The position numbers were made by a program, and so were the translations under genes. The notes beneath the pieces are model-generated. The model did no database searches. It saw only the letters and a list, made by a program, of their open reading frames with translations, and was not told where the DNA came from. A stretch of DNA of 64,000 nt from Octopus sinensis (taxonomy: Eukaryota), in NCBI RefSeq assembly GCF_006345805.1, contig NC_043006.1:16368001-16432000 (forward strand). The letters are read 5' to 3'. Shown here in pieces: positions 1 to 11,329 of the stretch; the stretch's first letter is position 1; every line of letters begins with the position of its first letter.

Positions 1-749
1 TCATATTTAACAACCAAGCAACAATGATGTTATTAGAGATTTTGTGGGCAAGCATTCACTTCGGTTATAACAAGAAATGTTTATACACATACAAGAAATA
101 TTTTAGTTATTTAGATATATTTAGAGATATTTTAGTTATTTAGATATATTTAGAGATATTTTTGCTATTAAGATGAAAATTTTTCATGGTTATTGAAGAT
201 AGAATAAGTAGAAAAAGTGAGAACAAAACTGCCAACAGAGTTCTATGAAGCACCCGAGGTTGTTCTGTTTGGGAGTTCAATGTCCCAACTTTTATAGCAT
301 TCAGTCAAAACTTCTAGAACCTTCAGCAGAACTATAAGGAGGCGAAAATTCACAAAACTTACTTTCAAATCTACTGTTATTTGGTTACATACTGGCCGAT
401 CTGATTGATCGAACCATTTTCAAGTAGGTATGTATACATGCCTTTAATGACGACAGCTAATTTCTCGTGGCCAACCTTTGTTTTTTATGGCAGTATAATC
501 GGACCGTGTTCCTATACTTGAAAATCTGAGTGAGATGCCTTGAAACTTAGCAGAAGCCTTTCTACAAGCTGAAGTAAATAACCAAACATCTATGATGTCC
601 ATGTGGCGCATGAATTCAACTTACATTTATAAATGCAATATTTGGATACATCATCGATGTTGTATTCCGGTGCCACGGGCTGTTTGAGGTCTTATATGGC
701 ACATCCCCATCCAAGTAGTATAAACAAGAAGCTTAAGTAAACAACTGTA

Positions 750-1133
750 GGCGTAGGAGTGGTTGTGTGGTAAGTAGCTTGCTTACGAACCGGGTTCAGT
801 TCACTGCGTGGCACCTTGGGCAAGTGTCTTCTACGGGCCGACCAATGCCTTGTGAATGGATTTGGTAGACGGAAACTGAAAGAAGCCCGTCGTATATATA
901 TATATATATGTATGTGTGTATGTTTGTGTGCCTGTGTTTGTCCCCCCAACATCGCTTTACAACCGATGCTGGTGTGTTTACGTCCCCGTAACTTAGCGGT
1001 TCGGCAAAAAAATCGATAGAATAAGTACTAGGCTTACAAAGAATAAGTCCTGGGGTCGATTTGCTCGACTAAAGGCGGTGCTCCAGCATGGCCACAGTCA
1101 CATGACTGAAACAAATAAAAGAGTAAAAGAGAG
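750..1133 (+). mobile_element. tRNA-derived SINE family A (about 400 bp, internal TA/TG microsatellite, GTAAAAGA tail)
   Basis: A-box-like TGGTTGTGTGG, B-box-like GGTTCAGTTC, shared body GGCAAGTGTCTTCT...GTAGACGGAAACTGAAAGAAG, roughly 25 copies in window. Confidence 0.85.
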
Positions 1134-1328
1134 CAACCAAATATCTATGATGTCCTTCTAGAGTATGTGTTCAATGCAACACTTGGACACATCATCGGTG
1201 TTGTATCATGGTGCCATTGGATGTTCCAGCTTTTACAAAAGATGCCTTCATACAATTGATCCAGCCAAGGTTGATCGAGCCCGTGTCCGTCTGACCTGAG
1301 AACTATTCCAACCGTAACGAGAAACTTA

Positions 1329-1524
1329 GGATCTTTTCACTTTGACCGGCAGATTTTAAAAATTATTTCTTTTGTAACTAAACACTTTTAAACTTCGTAT
1401 AGTGGTAGAATGTGTCACATAAAACATCTTTTTCTCTTGGCGTTCTTGAGAAAATTATGTAGTTTGTAAGCTATTTCTTGTTTAATTTGTTGTATTTCGG
1501 CAATTTCAACCAATCAATGACGTC
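1329..1524 (-). mobile_element. Older partial copy of the GGATC-ended TIR element at 1945-2394
   Basis: Aligns by eye with the reverse complement of about 2190-2394 (AAACACTTTTAAACTTCGTATA...CAACCAATCAATGACGTC). Confidence 0.7.
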
Positions 1525-1818
1525 GTTAAATACGTATATTTTTAGTCCACAATTCCAGCAGCACGTCAATTATTTTATTGTAACTCTTTCGCCACCATAT
1601 TTCTGCTGAAATCAGTTTTAGTAATAATGAAGAGTTTAGCAAAATAAACGGCATTATCAATATGGTGTTTAAAACTTGGCATGAAATTTTGAAAGGTTGT
1701 TTTAATGATAAAAGGTTGCAGTGCAATTCAGTTAGTGACCAAGTGGCAGTTAGTGCGACGAAAATTTTGACGCAAAATAATGAATAAGTGAAATTTACAT
1801 TTTGGTACTACTTAAGAA

Positions 1819-2486
1819 CAGTGGTCCCGGTGCGCGTACTCGCGCATCCGCGCTAGCTAGTCATGACTAGTCGATCCTTACTGTGTGTTTTTGTGTTTTA
1901 TTTACTTTGTTTAACAAAAATTATTTACTTTGTGTAAAAAAATTGAATCTTTTCGGTTTGAACGGCAGTTTTTTTCTAGCGGTGTCATATGAAATTGTCA
2001 CCCATAATTATGACCCTAGTATCGATCTATTGCATTTCAATCTATTTTAGGGTTAGGGTTAGAGTTAGGGTTAGTTAGGGTTAGGGTTAGGGGTGGGGGA
2101 AGGGTATCTTTTTTTCTTGACAAATGTAAATAAACCAAATCTGTTTCTTAAACGAGGGACATATTCATACGACACAGAATGTTTTTTTTTTACCTCAATG
2201 GACGTCATTGATTGGTTGAAATTGCAGAAATTGAAGAAAAACAACAACAAATATCTTACAAACCATAGGATCTTCTCAATAAAGCCAAGAGAAAAAGGTG
2301 TTTTATAAACACATTCTACCAGTATACGAAGTTTAAAAGTGTTTAATTACGTGGAAATTATTTTAAAAAACTGCCGTTCAAACCGAAATGATCCATTTAT
2401 TCTATGTTTTATTCACTTTGCTAGGTAGTCGTTTAGGATCGACTAGTCACGACCAGCTAGCGCGGATGCGCGCACCGAGACCACTG
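1819..2486. mobile_element. Tc1/mariner-type MITE with about 55-bp TIRs, carrying a nested MITE
   Basis: CAGTGGTCCCGGTGCGCG...CTAGTCGATCCT at left is mirrored by TAGGATCGACTAG...CGCACCGAGACCACTG at right, followed by TA. Confidence 0.8.
1945..2394. mobile_element. Nested MITE with about 28-bp TIRs and an internal (TTAGGG)n tract
   Basis: TTTCGGTTTGAACGGCAGTTTTTT / AAAAAACTGCCGTTCAAACCGAAA; possible 3-bp ATT TSD (1942-1944, 2395-2397); telomere-like repeats 2047-2093. Confidence 0.8.
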
Positions 2487-2612
2487 TAGTACCTTACATT
2501 TTCTTACGTGTTTTAAACGTCTCTGGCTGTTTAGATATAGATCACTTTAAAACAAAGTTTTTAACGTGGAACAAATAACAGTTTCAGGAGTGTTACTCTC
2601 AAGAGGGTTAAT

Positions 2613-2952
2613 GGGGAAGCACTCCGTCGGTTACGACGACGAGGGTTCCAGTTGATCCGAATCAACGGAACAGCCTGCTCGTGAAATTAACGTGTAAGTG
2701 GCTGAGCACTCGGGGATATTCAGCGTGACACAGAGAGTGACAAGGCCGGCCCTTTGAAATACAGGTACAACAGAAACAGGAAGTAAGAGTGAGAGAAAGT
2801 TGTGGTGAAAGAGTACAGCAGGGATCACCACCATCCCTTGCCGGAGCCTCGTGGAACTTTTAGGTGTTTTCGCTCAATAAACACTCACAACGCCCGGTCT
2901 GGGAATCGAAACCGCGAGTCCGCTGCCCTAACCACTGGGCCATTGCGCCTCC
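2613..2952 (-). mobile_element. tRNA-derived SINE family B, tail type 1 (possibly the octopus OR-type SINEs)
   Basis: Head GGAGGCGCAATGGCCCAGTGGTTAGGGCAGCGGACTCGCGGTTTCGATTCCC; perfect 18-bp TSD ACTCTCAAGAGGGTTAAT (2595-2612, 2953-2970). Confidence 0.88.
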
Positions 2953-4139
2953 ACTCTCAAGAGGGTTAATAACGTTTTGTCAATTCAAAACAACGTCTTC
3001 GTAAGTTACGATCTTACAAACACTATTTCGTAGTTTCCCCTCCTCTGTAAAAAAAAAACATAACGTGACATTATCAGACTATGACTCATTTCTCTCCAAA
3101 GTTGTCAATGGAACCAGCTTGCCGTACGATTGCTTCAACGTCAAATCGGAATTCGAAGGACGTCATAAACTTACGACAACACTGTTGCATAAAAAGTACT
3201 TCATAGAGCTTTTTTTTTTCTTCTTTCTTTTGATGTAAATATTTCAAGCAGAAAACCCTATACAACTACTGAACAACAGAGAAAATAATCAACGTGCGCA
3301 CACTCACACACAAACACACACACAGCGCCATAAAAGGCAAAAAAAAACAACAACAAACAATTCTTTTAATTGGTAATGTTACTTTTTACTCATTTCAAAA
3401 AACTCTGCTATTCATTCATTCTTTGACTGACGTCTCTCTCTCTCTCACACACATATAATTACCTCCTACAGTTTTTATATTTATTTACACACACATTTCC
3501 CCCCCTCTTTCCTTTTTCCTTGCCTCGCTTCTCTGTAAACGCCTTCTTACAAACCATTTTCTTGCTGCAATTGGTAGATTTTTTTTTCAGCTGGCAGTCA
3601 CTTAGTGACTGCCAGTTCTGCGAAGACAACTTAGTTTGGAACTATTACAAAAAGACCACTCCTCTTTGCTTCTTCGTACGCCCCACACCCTCGACTATTT
3701 TCCCCGCAGTTGATCATGTAAATACTTTGAATAGTAGTAAATCTTTTCTAGACGACTAACCCCAGAAATTCAAACAAGTTTTTATTTAAAAAAAAAAAAT
3801 AATAATTAATTACAGTAAATTACGTATTTTCTCCTTTGATCGCATGAATACTTCGAATACTAGTAAAGTCTTCTAAGACAATTATCCCCCAAAAGTTGGA
3901 CAATTTTAATAAAATAAAATAAAATAAAATAAAATAAAAGCTAAGAAAATTAAGTATTAAATTTTGTCTTACGACATACATCAATAATTCGTTATACAGT
4001 TTTAGAACACATTTCAAACTATTTGTTTATTTTAGTTTTTCGTTGCTACAACTTCTTGACTGCTGCTGTGATCTGGGGCCCAATACATGGTTAATAGTGT
4101 GCACGTATCTGATTTGGAGAAGTAAAAAAATGTAGTAGG

Positions 4140-4585
4140 ATGCAAGTGTGCATGTAGTAGAACACACCCCTTCCTCTTTCATTCAGTCACTGGTCGTCAG
4201 TGTCACTTGAGTCATGTGATCTTGAGAGACAAACTTTGACAATCCTGGTTTAATCTCTCGCCGCCCACAACAATTCGTTAACCAAGCAAATTGAATTTTT
4301 TTCCTCTTTTATTTTCTCTTGCTTTCTTTCTTTTTTTTAAAATCCTTGTGGGTTTACCACGTCTAAGAAAAACTAAGCGTAGGTAAAAAAAAAAAGAAAA
4401 GAAAAAGAAAAGAAACAAGTACAATAGCAGTGAAAACAAAACCAAGTTCTCTCATTAGTGTTAAAGATAACAGAAAGAAAAAGGAAAAAAGTGTTTTCGG
4501 CGAAGCAGGGCGACAGAGGTTTCACTTGCAGGTATTCCAAGTCTGACAGGAAGTTACATGTGACGTCACAACACACTCTGCCAAA
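4140..4585 (+). promoter_or_regulatory. Putative core promoter / 5' UTR of the G-alpha gene
   Basis: Inr-like TCAGTC 4183-4188, AP-1 site TGAGTCA 4208-4214, full palindromic CRE TGACGTCA 4561-4568; CpG retained locally; TSS not directly observable. Confidence 0.4.
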
Positions 4586-5047
4586 ATGGCTTCATGGTTG
4601 GGTTCGTGTTTTCTCACTGAAAATGCTAAAGTACAGAGAAGTCGAAGTCGGAAAATCGATCGTATGTTGGCTCGGGACAAGAAAAATTCCCGCTTGATCG
4701 TTAAATTGTTATTACTAGGCGCCGGAGAAAGCGGGAAAAGTACTTTTCTCAAACAGATGCGTATAATTCACGGTAGTGACTTCAACGAAGATTCTCTCCG
4801 GGAGTACAAACCGGTTATTTATATGAACATAGTAAAAGGTATGAAAGTCCTGATCGATGCACGAAACAAATTAAAGGTTCCGTGGGAAGATCCTCAAAAG
4901 GAAGAATATGCCAATCGGATATTTTCGATCGAATCTGCCCAAGATATGGATGAAAGTGACTTCCTCCCTTATGTTGATTGTATCGAACAGTTGTGGCAGG
5001 ATAAAGCAATTAAGCTAACATTCGATAGAAGGAGAGAATTTCAGCTG
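4586..5047 (+). CDS. GNA13: First coding exon (154 codons) of a heterotrimeric G-protein alpha subunit, G12/13 class (invertebrate ortholog of GNA12/GNA13, Drosophila concertina); CDS incomplete in window
   Basis: Translation contains KLLLLGAGESGKSTFLKQMRIIHG (P-loop), N-terminal Cys8 without Gly2 (palmitoylation type), and ends FDRRREFQL followed by a canonical phase-0 donor GTAAGT at 5048-5053, the same position as a vertebrate GNA13 intron. Confidence 0.93.
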
Positions 5048-7762
5048 GTAAGTTAATTAATCGATGCTTATACCAATTATAAATGTTGTTGTCTTTCTAA
5101 TACTTACGCATGTTTCAGAAATATATTTCAGCTGTTTTATTTAAGTCTAGTAAATACAAGTTTTGCTGGGTTTTTTTTTACTAAATTGTTTTTGTTCAGT
5201 GAGTGTCCCTAATGTTTTCAATTATCAATTATACCGCCATCCAAGTACTCATTGTTAATTTTCCCCCTTTACTTTGTATCGTTTTATTTTATTTTCAATC
5301 CTTTTTATTAAAATAAACAGACCGTTTGTTGATCAATAATCCAATACCCATATCATAATGTTTTTATACTCTTTATTTAACTTCTATAACTAACTCCCCA
5401 ACTTTTACTAGATTTGAAAATAAAGTATCGCTAATTATACTTTTAGAAGTTATGCATTTAGTTTTAAAGTCTCGTAATACTTAATACACGCTGTTATTCA
5501 TAAACTATTTCGGTTTAAGACGATTTTATTCAACTCTTATAAACTTGTGGGCGCTGTATTGAAAGACTTTAGTTTTGAAATACTACTCTTTTGTGATCAT
5601 TTGCCCAGCTAGGCAAAGCTTGTCATATCAGAGTTACTGCCTTGTTAAACATGTTGTCTCTTCCATTTAAACATAATATACACACACGCCTAGCTTCGTC
5701 TTCCCTCCCACTGTTACTACACTTGATAATTTGGTGAAGACTGACTGGGTGGCAGGAAACGTTTCACTTCTGTAAAAACTATTTCGTTCGTGTAAATACA
5801 GTTTATTTTACGCGTATTTAACATAACCTGTCGTAATTTCCCAACAGTATCGCTTCATAAGCATGCCTGCACACACACACCACACACATATACTGGAATA
5901 AGTTTTCTGTTGTTACATCATAGGAAAAATGTTTGAATTTCATTTAAGCAATTTTTCAGCATTTTTATTCTTAAAAAAAGTGGTAACTGTTTACATTATA
6001 TCAATTACTCTCCTCCCATGCACACGCTGGAATAAGTTTTTGTTTGAGTTACAATAGCCTATAGGAAAATTTCAGTTTTAAAAAAAGCTGTTTATATATT
6101 AAATATAATTGCATACTCACACTCAAACATACTGGAATAAGTTTTCGTTTAGTTCATTTATAGAAAAATGTATTGAATTTAATCGGGTTTTTTTATTCCC
6201 TTAAAATATAGAAAAAAAAAAGTTGGGGGAAAAACTTTATATTGAAAATACTTTTTGTGGTGTGAAATGTGGGTATTAGAAGTGACTGAGCCTGCAGTGC
6301 GATTAACTAAAAAAATTTTAGTATATACGTAAAACTTTTTTTTACATTCCAAACGTGCCGTTTCTGTGGTTCTTATCCTGGGTGGGGGAGAGACTTCAGG
6401 ATTCCAGGGGGCGGGTATTTAGGGTTTTTCCTACGGAGAAAGTTGTTCGTAAGCCGAAGCGTCGCCGATTAAAAATGTAATCGCATTATTTTTTTAATGT
6501 TTAGGAGTGGAGTTTTGCCTAAATTTCTATTATTACACCTGTCCCGTAAGACAGGTGTAAATTCTGATCAGAGGACTTTTGTAATAACTATCCCTACCTC
6601 ATAGTGAAGGAAAAGTACAGGCATTTAGTGGGTTCTTCACTCACCCTCCACCGCAATTTTATCTCTTAACATTTTTGCATTCTGTGCCCTTTTCCGATCA
6701 ATTTTTACTATCTTACAAGTCACACGAGAAAAATACTCAGTTTTGGAGTAGGTATCGTTTTATCGTGTCGAAGAAAAGGAGTAGTGAATGACGAGGAGCA
6801 TAAATAAACATTAGAATTTTTTGTAAAAACTTATTTCAGAATCGTAATTTCCATATGACTGACACGCGAAAGAAAAAGACATGAAGGTAAACAAACCCAC
6901 CCGATTCCAAGTCTGTTTCCATCCCCATGAAGTAGTGACAGTCACTCCGAAACTCCGCCCGGTTTATTTTCTTTGAAGCTGATTTTAATGATGCTAATGT
7001 GAAATAATTATGTGTTTGTGATGTTATTGCAATACCATTTCTTGTTCTTCTCAAATATGGGGGGGGGGAAACAGGATGGTGAACTGTTAATGGGGTGAGG
7101 AATACAGAGGTGGGTAAACTGGTTGAGAAACTTCGAATTAGTTTTGCGTATCAGTTTTATTTTTCTGTTTTCTATATCTTTCGGAATAGCTCCTGAAGTC
7201 CTTTCTTGTTTTGCTCTCAGATCAGCATTGACTAAAAACTTGCGACTGTATTTCTGTCTTAAACAACCTGTCTTTTTATAATTCTCTTGTGTTCTCGTTT
7301 TAGAACTGTATATTTTGGCAACTACGTTTAGCAGGTCGAGTGACCGTGTAGATGCTCCCCCGTTTTGTATCTGATATGTATTTCCACGGAGGCAAGACTT
7401 CCTTTTGTACCCGCCAAAAAAACACCCGGGAGGAGGTCTTTCCCCAAGTTATTTTCAAAAACTGTAATTTTGTATGCTCATGACGAAAGTCGGTTTATCG
7501 ATGTATAAAATTTGAAAGAAAAAGAAAATCAGGTGGAAATTCGAACTACTTCAGTGGTTGGAAAGAAATTTAATAAGATCCAGAAACCGTCTGAGTTTGT
7601 TGCTTTTTACCTGTATTCAATCCTGATCGAAAAGGTATTTCAACCGTGACCATCCCCTCCTTCCCCCCCCCCTTTTTTTTTTTTTGAACCACTTACTGAT
7701 CTTTCGAAATTGATAAATATATGCAAAGTCATAGATCCAGTTAATATATATATTTCTAAGCA

Positions 7763-8100
7763 CCTGCTTGGCTGTGTGGCTAAGACGTTCGCTTCGCAAT
7801 CACACGGTTTCGGGTTCAGTCCCACCTTGTGACTGAATATTGTCGACAGAAACTTTGTGGATGCTCATTGTGTGTATGTATGTATGTGTGTGTGTGCGTG
7901 CATGTTTTTATTTTTGTCCCACCACCACCACCACCACTGCTTCACAACCGTGTTGGTTTGTTTACGTCCTTGTAACTAAGAGGTTCGGCAAAAGTAACTG
8001 ACAGAATAAGTACAGGACATAAAAAGAAAGATAGATATTGGTGTCAATTTGATGGAATTAAGCCTTTCAAGGCAGCTCGCCAGCATAACTGCAGTCCAGT
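7763..8100 (+). mobile_element. Degenerate SINE family A copy
   Basis: GGCTGTGTGGCTAAG...GGGTTCAGTCCCAC head and CAACCGTGTTGGTTTGTTTACGTCC body. Confidence 0.65.
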
Positions 8101-8166
8101 GTTGCAGCGTTGTTCAACTTGCTCCACTATGTATGTGTGTATGTATGTATATATATATAATATATA

Positions 8167-8625
8167 TCATCATCATCATCGTTTAACGTCCGTTTTCCAT
8201 GCTAGCATGGGTTGGATGGTTCAACTGGGGGTCTGGGAAGCCAGGAGGCTGCACCAGGCTCCAGTCTGATCTGGCAGTGTTTCTACAGCTGGATGCCCTT
8301 CTTAATGCCAACCACTCCGTGAGTGTAGTGGGTGCTTTTTACGTGCCACCGGCACAGGTATCACAGCTAGAATCTCCATTTGATTTTTGATGTTGATGTA
8401 CTTGACTCAAGCACAGCAGGTCGCCCTACGATCCAAGGTAAACACAGCAGGCTGTCCTGCAATCCAAGGTACTTTGGATGGGCTGGGGCTGCTATGTGAA
8501 GCTGGTGCAGAAAACAGCCATGAACTCACGTTAACTGTCGGGTCTTCACAGTCACAGCATATCTCCAGAGGTCTCAGTCTTTCGTCATTGCCTCTATATA
8601 TACAGAGATAGATAGATAGTGTTTT
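8167..8625 (-). mobile_element. RTE-tailed retroposon family C with extended 5' body
   Basis: (CAT)n tail plus CGTTTAACGTCCGTTTTCCATGCTAGCATGG and CTGGATGCCCTTC motif shared by at least 10 copies. Confidence 0.8.
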
Positions 8626-9078
8626 TAACACAGAATTATGAAGAGATTTTTCCCTCTGACAAAATCCACACCATCGTGCTTTTCACTGGTATCTATACAT
8701 TTAGTATGATATGCAGATGGCAATTACAACATAGTGTTACACATGCTGCAAGAGTGGATGCTCTACCAGGATCCTATATATTTATATTTTAGGTAGTAGT
8801 AGTAGTAGTATTGAGGCATGGGCTGCAACAGTATGATGCTGCATCTATCATTTGTTAGTTATTCCATACTCTTGGTGGATGACCTCTTTGCATCACTTAG
8901 GTGACAACCCTCCAACTCATGGGTCTGCTTGGATTAGTCATTGCTGTTGAAAGTTTTATGAAGTCATAGTGCTAATCCTATCTCAACCTCTTGTAGTCAT
9001 ATTTTGTGACATGCAGAGAAAACGTTGAATCTGTTCTTTGACATGCCAATCACCACAGAACAAAACTGATACCTGTTT

Positions 9079-9478
9079 CTTTACTACCTACAAGGGGCTA
9101 AACACAGAGGGATACAAACAGATTAAGTTGATTACATCGACCCCAGTGCGTAACTGGTACTTAATTTATCGACCCCGAAAGGATGAAAGGCAAAGTCAAC
9201 CTCGACGGAATTTGAACTTAGAACGTAACAGCAGACGAAATACCTATTTCTTTACTACCCACAAGGGGCTAAACACAGAGAGGACAAACAAGGACAGACA
9301 AACGGATTAAGTCGATTATATCGACCCCAGTGCGTAACTGGTACTTAATTTATTGACCCCCGAAAGGATGAAAGGCAAAGTCGACCTCGGCGGAATTTGA
9401 ACTCAGAATATATAACGGCAGACGAAATACAGCTACGCATTTCGCCCGGTGTGCTAACGTTTCTGCCAGCTCGCCGTC
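9079..9478 (-). mobile_element. SINE family D with tandemly repeated 3' modules
   Basis: GACCCCGAAAGGATGAAAGGCAAAGTC domain present twice, TTTCTTTACTACC module present twice, head ends CTGCCAGCTCGCC. Confidence 0.82.
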
Positions 9479-9589
9479 TTACATAGAACAAACTGATACC
9501 ATTCTGGTGCGGGGGTCCTTCAATTCAATGGGTAGGGAAAATCTGGGCCCTAATCCCTTGCATTATTCTTTTAATTTTTTATTTCGGTC

Positions 9590-9950
9590 ATTAGACTGTG
9601 GCCATGCTGGTGGTGCTCCACCTGGAGGGATTTTAGTCAAACTAATTGATCCCGGTACTCATTTCCATTTTTAAAGCCTGGTACTTATTCTGTTGGTCTC
9701 TTTTGCTGAATTACTAAGTTACAGGGATATAAACACACCAACACCGGTTGTTAATCAGTGGTGAGGGACAAACACAGACACACACACACACACATATACA
9801 CCGGACTTCTTTCAATTTCCATCTACCAAATCTACTCACAAGGTTTTGGTTGGCTCAAGGCTGTAGTGGAAGATACATTACCAAGGTGCCACACAGTAGG
9901 ACTGAACCTGGGACTATGTAGTTGGGAAGCAAATGTTTTACCACGCAGCC
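9590..9950 (-). mobile_element. SINE family A copy (diverged)
   Basis: Reverse-strand match to family A body and head. Confidence 0.7.
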
Positions 9951-10544
9951 ACGACTGTACCTATATGATCACCTCTAATTTTAATATTGATTTTTTTGTG
10001 AGAAAATAGTACAAGGAATTTTGTGGTGTATTTACCATTTTTTTCTTTTTTGTAGTTTTATCTAAATAAAGTTTCATTAAACTAAGTTTTAATTTTTTTT
10101 TTGTCATGGCTGTGTGGTTAAAAAGTCTACTTCCCATCCACATGGTTTCAGGTTCAATTCCAGTGCATAGCACCTTGAGTAAAAATGTGAGCCCCAGCCT
10201 GACCAGAGCTTTCTAATCGAATTTGGTTCGCAGAAACTGAAAGGGGCCTGTTATTTGTGTGTGTATGTGTATGTGTGTCACTATTGCACAAGTGATATCT
10301 TCCATTTCTAATCTTCTGTGAAATCATGTCCAGACAAGAAATATTACCCTGCCTGGAAAATGTGTAAGGATTGGTGACAGGAAGGGCATCTGGCTATAGA
10401 AAATCTACCTCAATAAATTCTGTCCGACCCATACAAGTATGGGAAAGTGAAGATTAGAACAACAACAACAATAATGAGGAGGAGGTGGAGGATTTTCTTA
10501 AAATATTCTACATCATTATAAAGAAAACTGAGTTATTCATTAAT

Positions 10545-10921
10545 CATCATCATCATCATTGTTTAACGTCCGTTTTCCATGCTAGCATGGGTTAAACTGG
10601 GGTCTGGGAAGCCAGAAGGCTGTGCCAGGCCCAGTCTGATCTGGCAGTGTTTCTACGGCTGGATGCCCTTCCTAATGCCAACCACTCCGTGAGTGTAGTG
10701 GGTGCTTTTTACGTGCCACCCGCACAGGTGCCAGAGGAGGCTGGCAAACAGCCACGATCGGATGGTGCTTTTTACGTGCCACCCGCACAGGTGCCAGACG
10801 CGGCTGGCAACAGCCACAATCGGATGGTGCTTTTTACGTGCCACGGGCACGGAGGCCAGTCGGGGCGGCGCTGGCAACAGCCACATTCGGATGGTTCTCT
10901 TACGTGCCACCGGCACTGGTA
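10545..10921 (-). mobile_element. Family C retroposon with 4 internal units of about 62 bp
   Basis: GGTGCTTTTTACGTGCCAC-type motif recurs with TACGTG at 10710, 10773, 10835, 10901. Confidence 0.85.
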
Positions 10922-11329
10922 TCTCATTCCAAATTTAGGTTATCTTGTATAAACTCTTGACAGAGCCAAGCAGCGAATTTAAAAATTGGAAAAGAGTTGG
11001 TCAGTATTACTAAAGTGGATTTTGGTATTTTGGTTTCAAGGATTCTAAAGATTTTGAGAAATTCTCAAAAGTAATAATGATATGTTCTTTTATTCTTGTA
11101 CTTGATTCAGTCATTGGTCTCTGTGGTCATGTTGGAGCAACACATCTAAGAGTATAGTTGGTCATATTGATCCCACACCCATGAATATTTCGGTCTGGGA
11201 CTTGTTTTGTTGATTACTATTTGTAGAACCGCTATGTCACAAATCATGAAGGCATTCAACATAAGCAATACTGTAGTTTTTAAACAGTTGTAGACACCAG
11301 CATGGACTCAAGACACATATGCACATGCA

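Noticed and set aside
692-1019. Recurring short ORFs such as MLGGQTQ... seen at several loci
   Set aside because: They are readings of SINE family A, not genes
3455-3830. Minus-strand donor-like sites suggesting a divergent transcript
   Set aside because: Only short motifs; no ORF or downstream exon supports it
5727-5770. TTGGTGAAGACTG...CAGGAAACGTT resembling a hammerhead
   Set aside because: Two core mismatches, incomplete helix II, no helix I
10680-10921. CRISPR-like regularly spaced repeats
   Set aside because: Eukaryotic retroposon VNTR; spacers are homologous to each other and there are no cas genes
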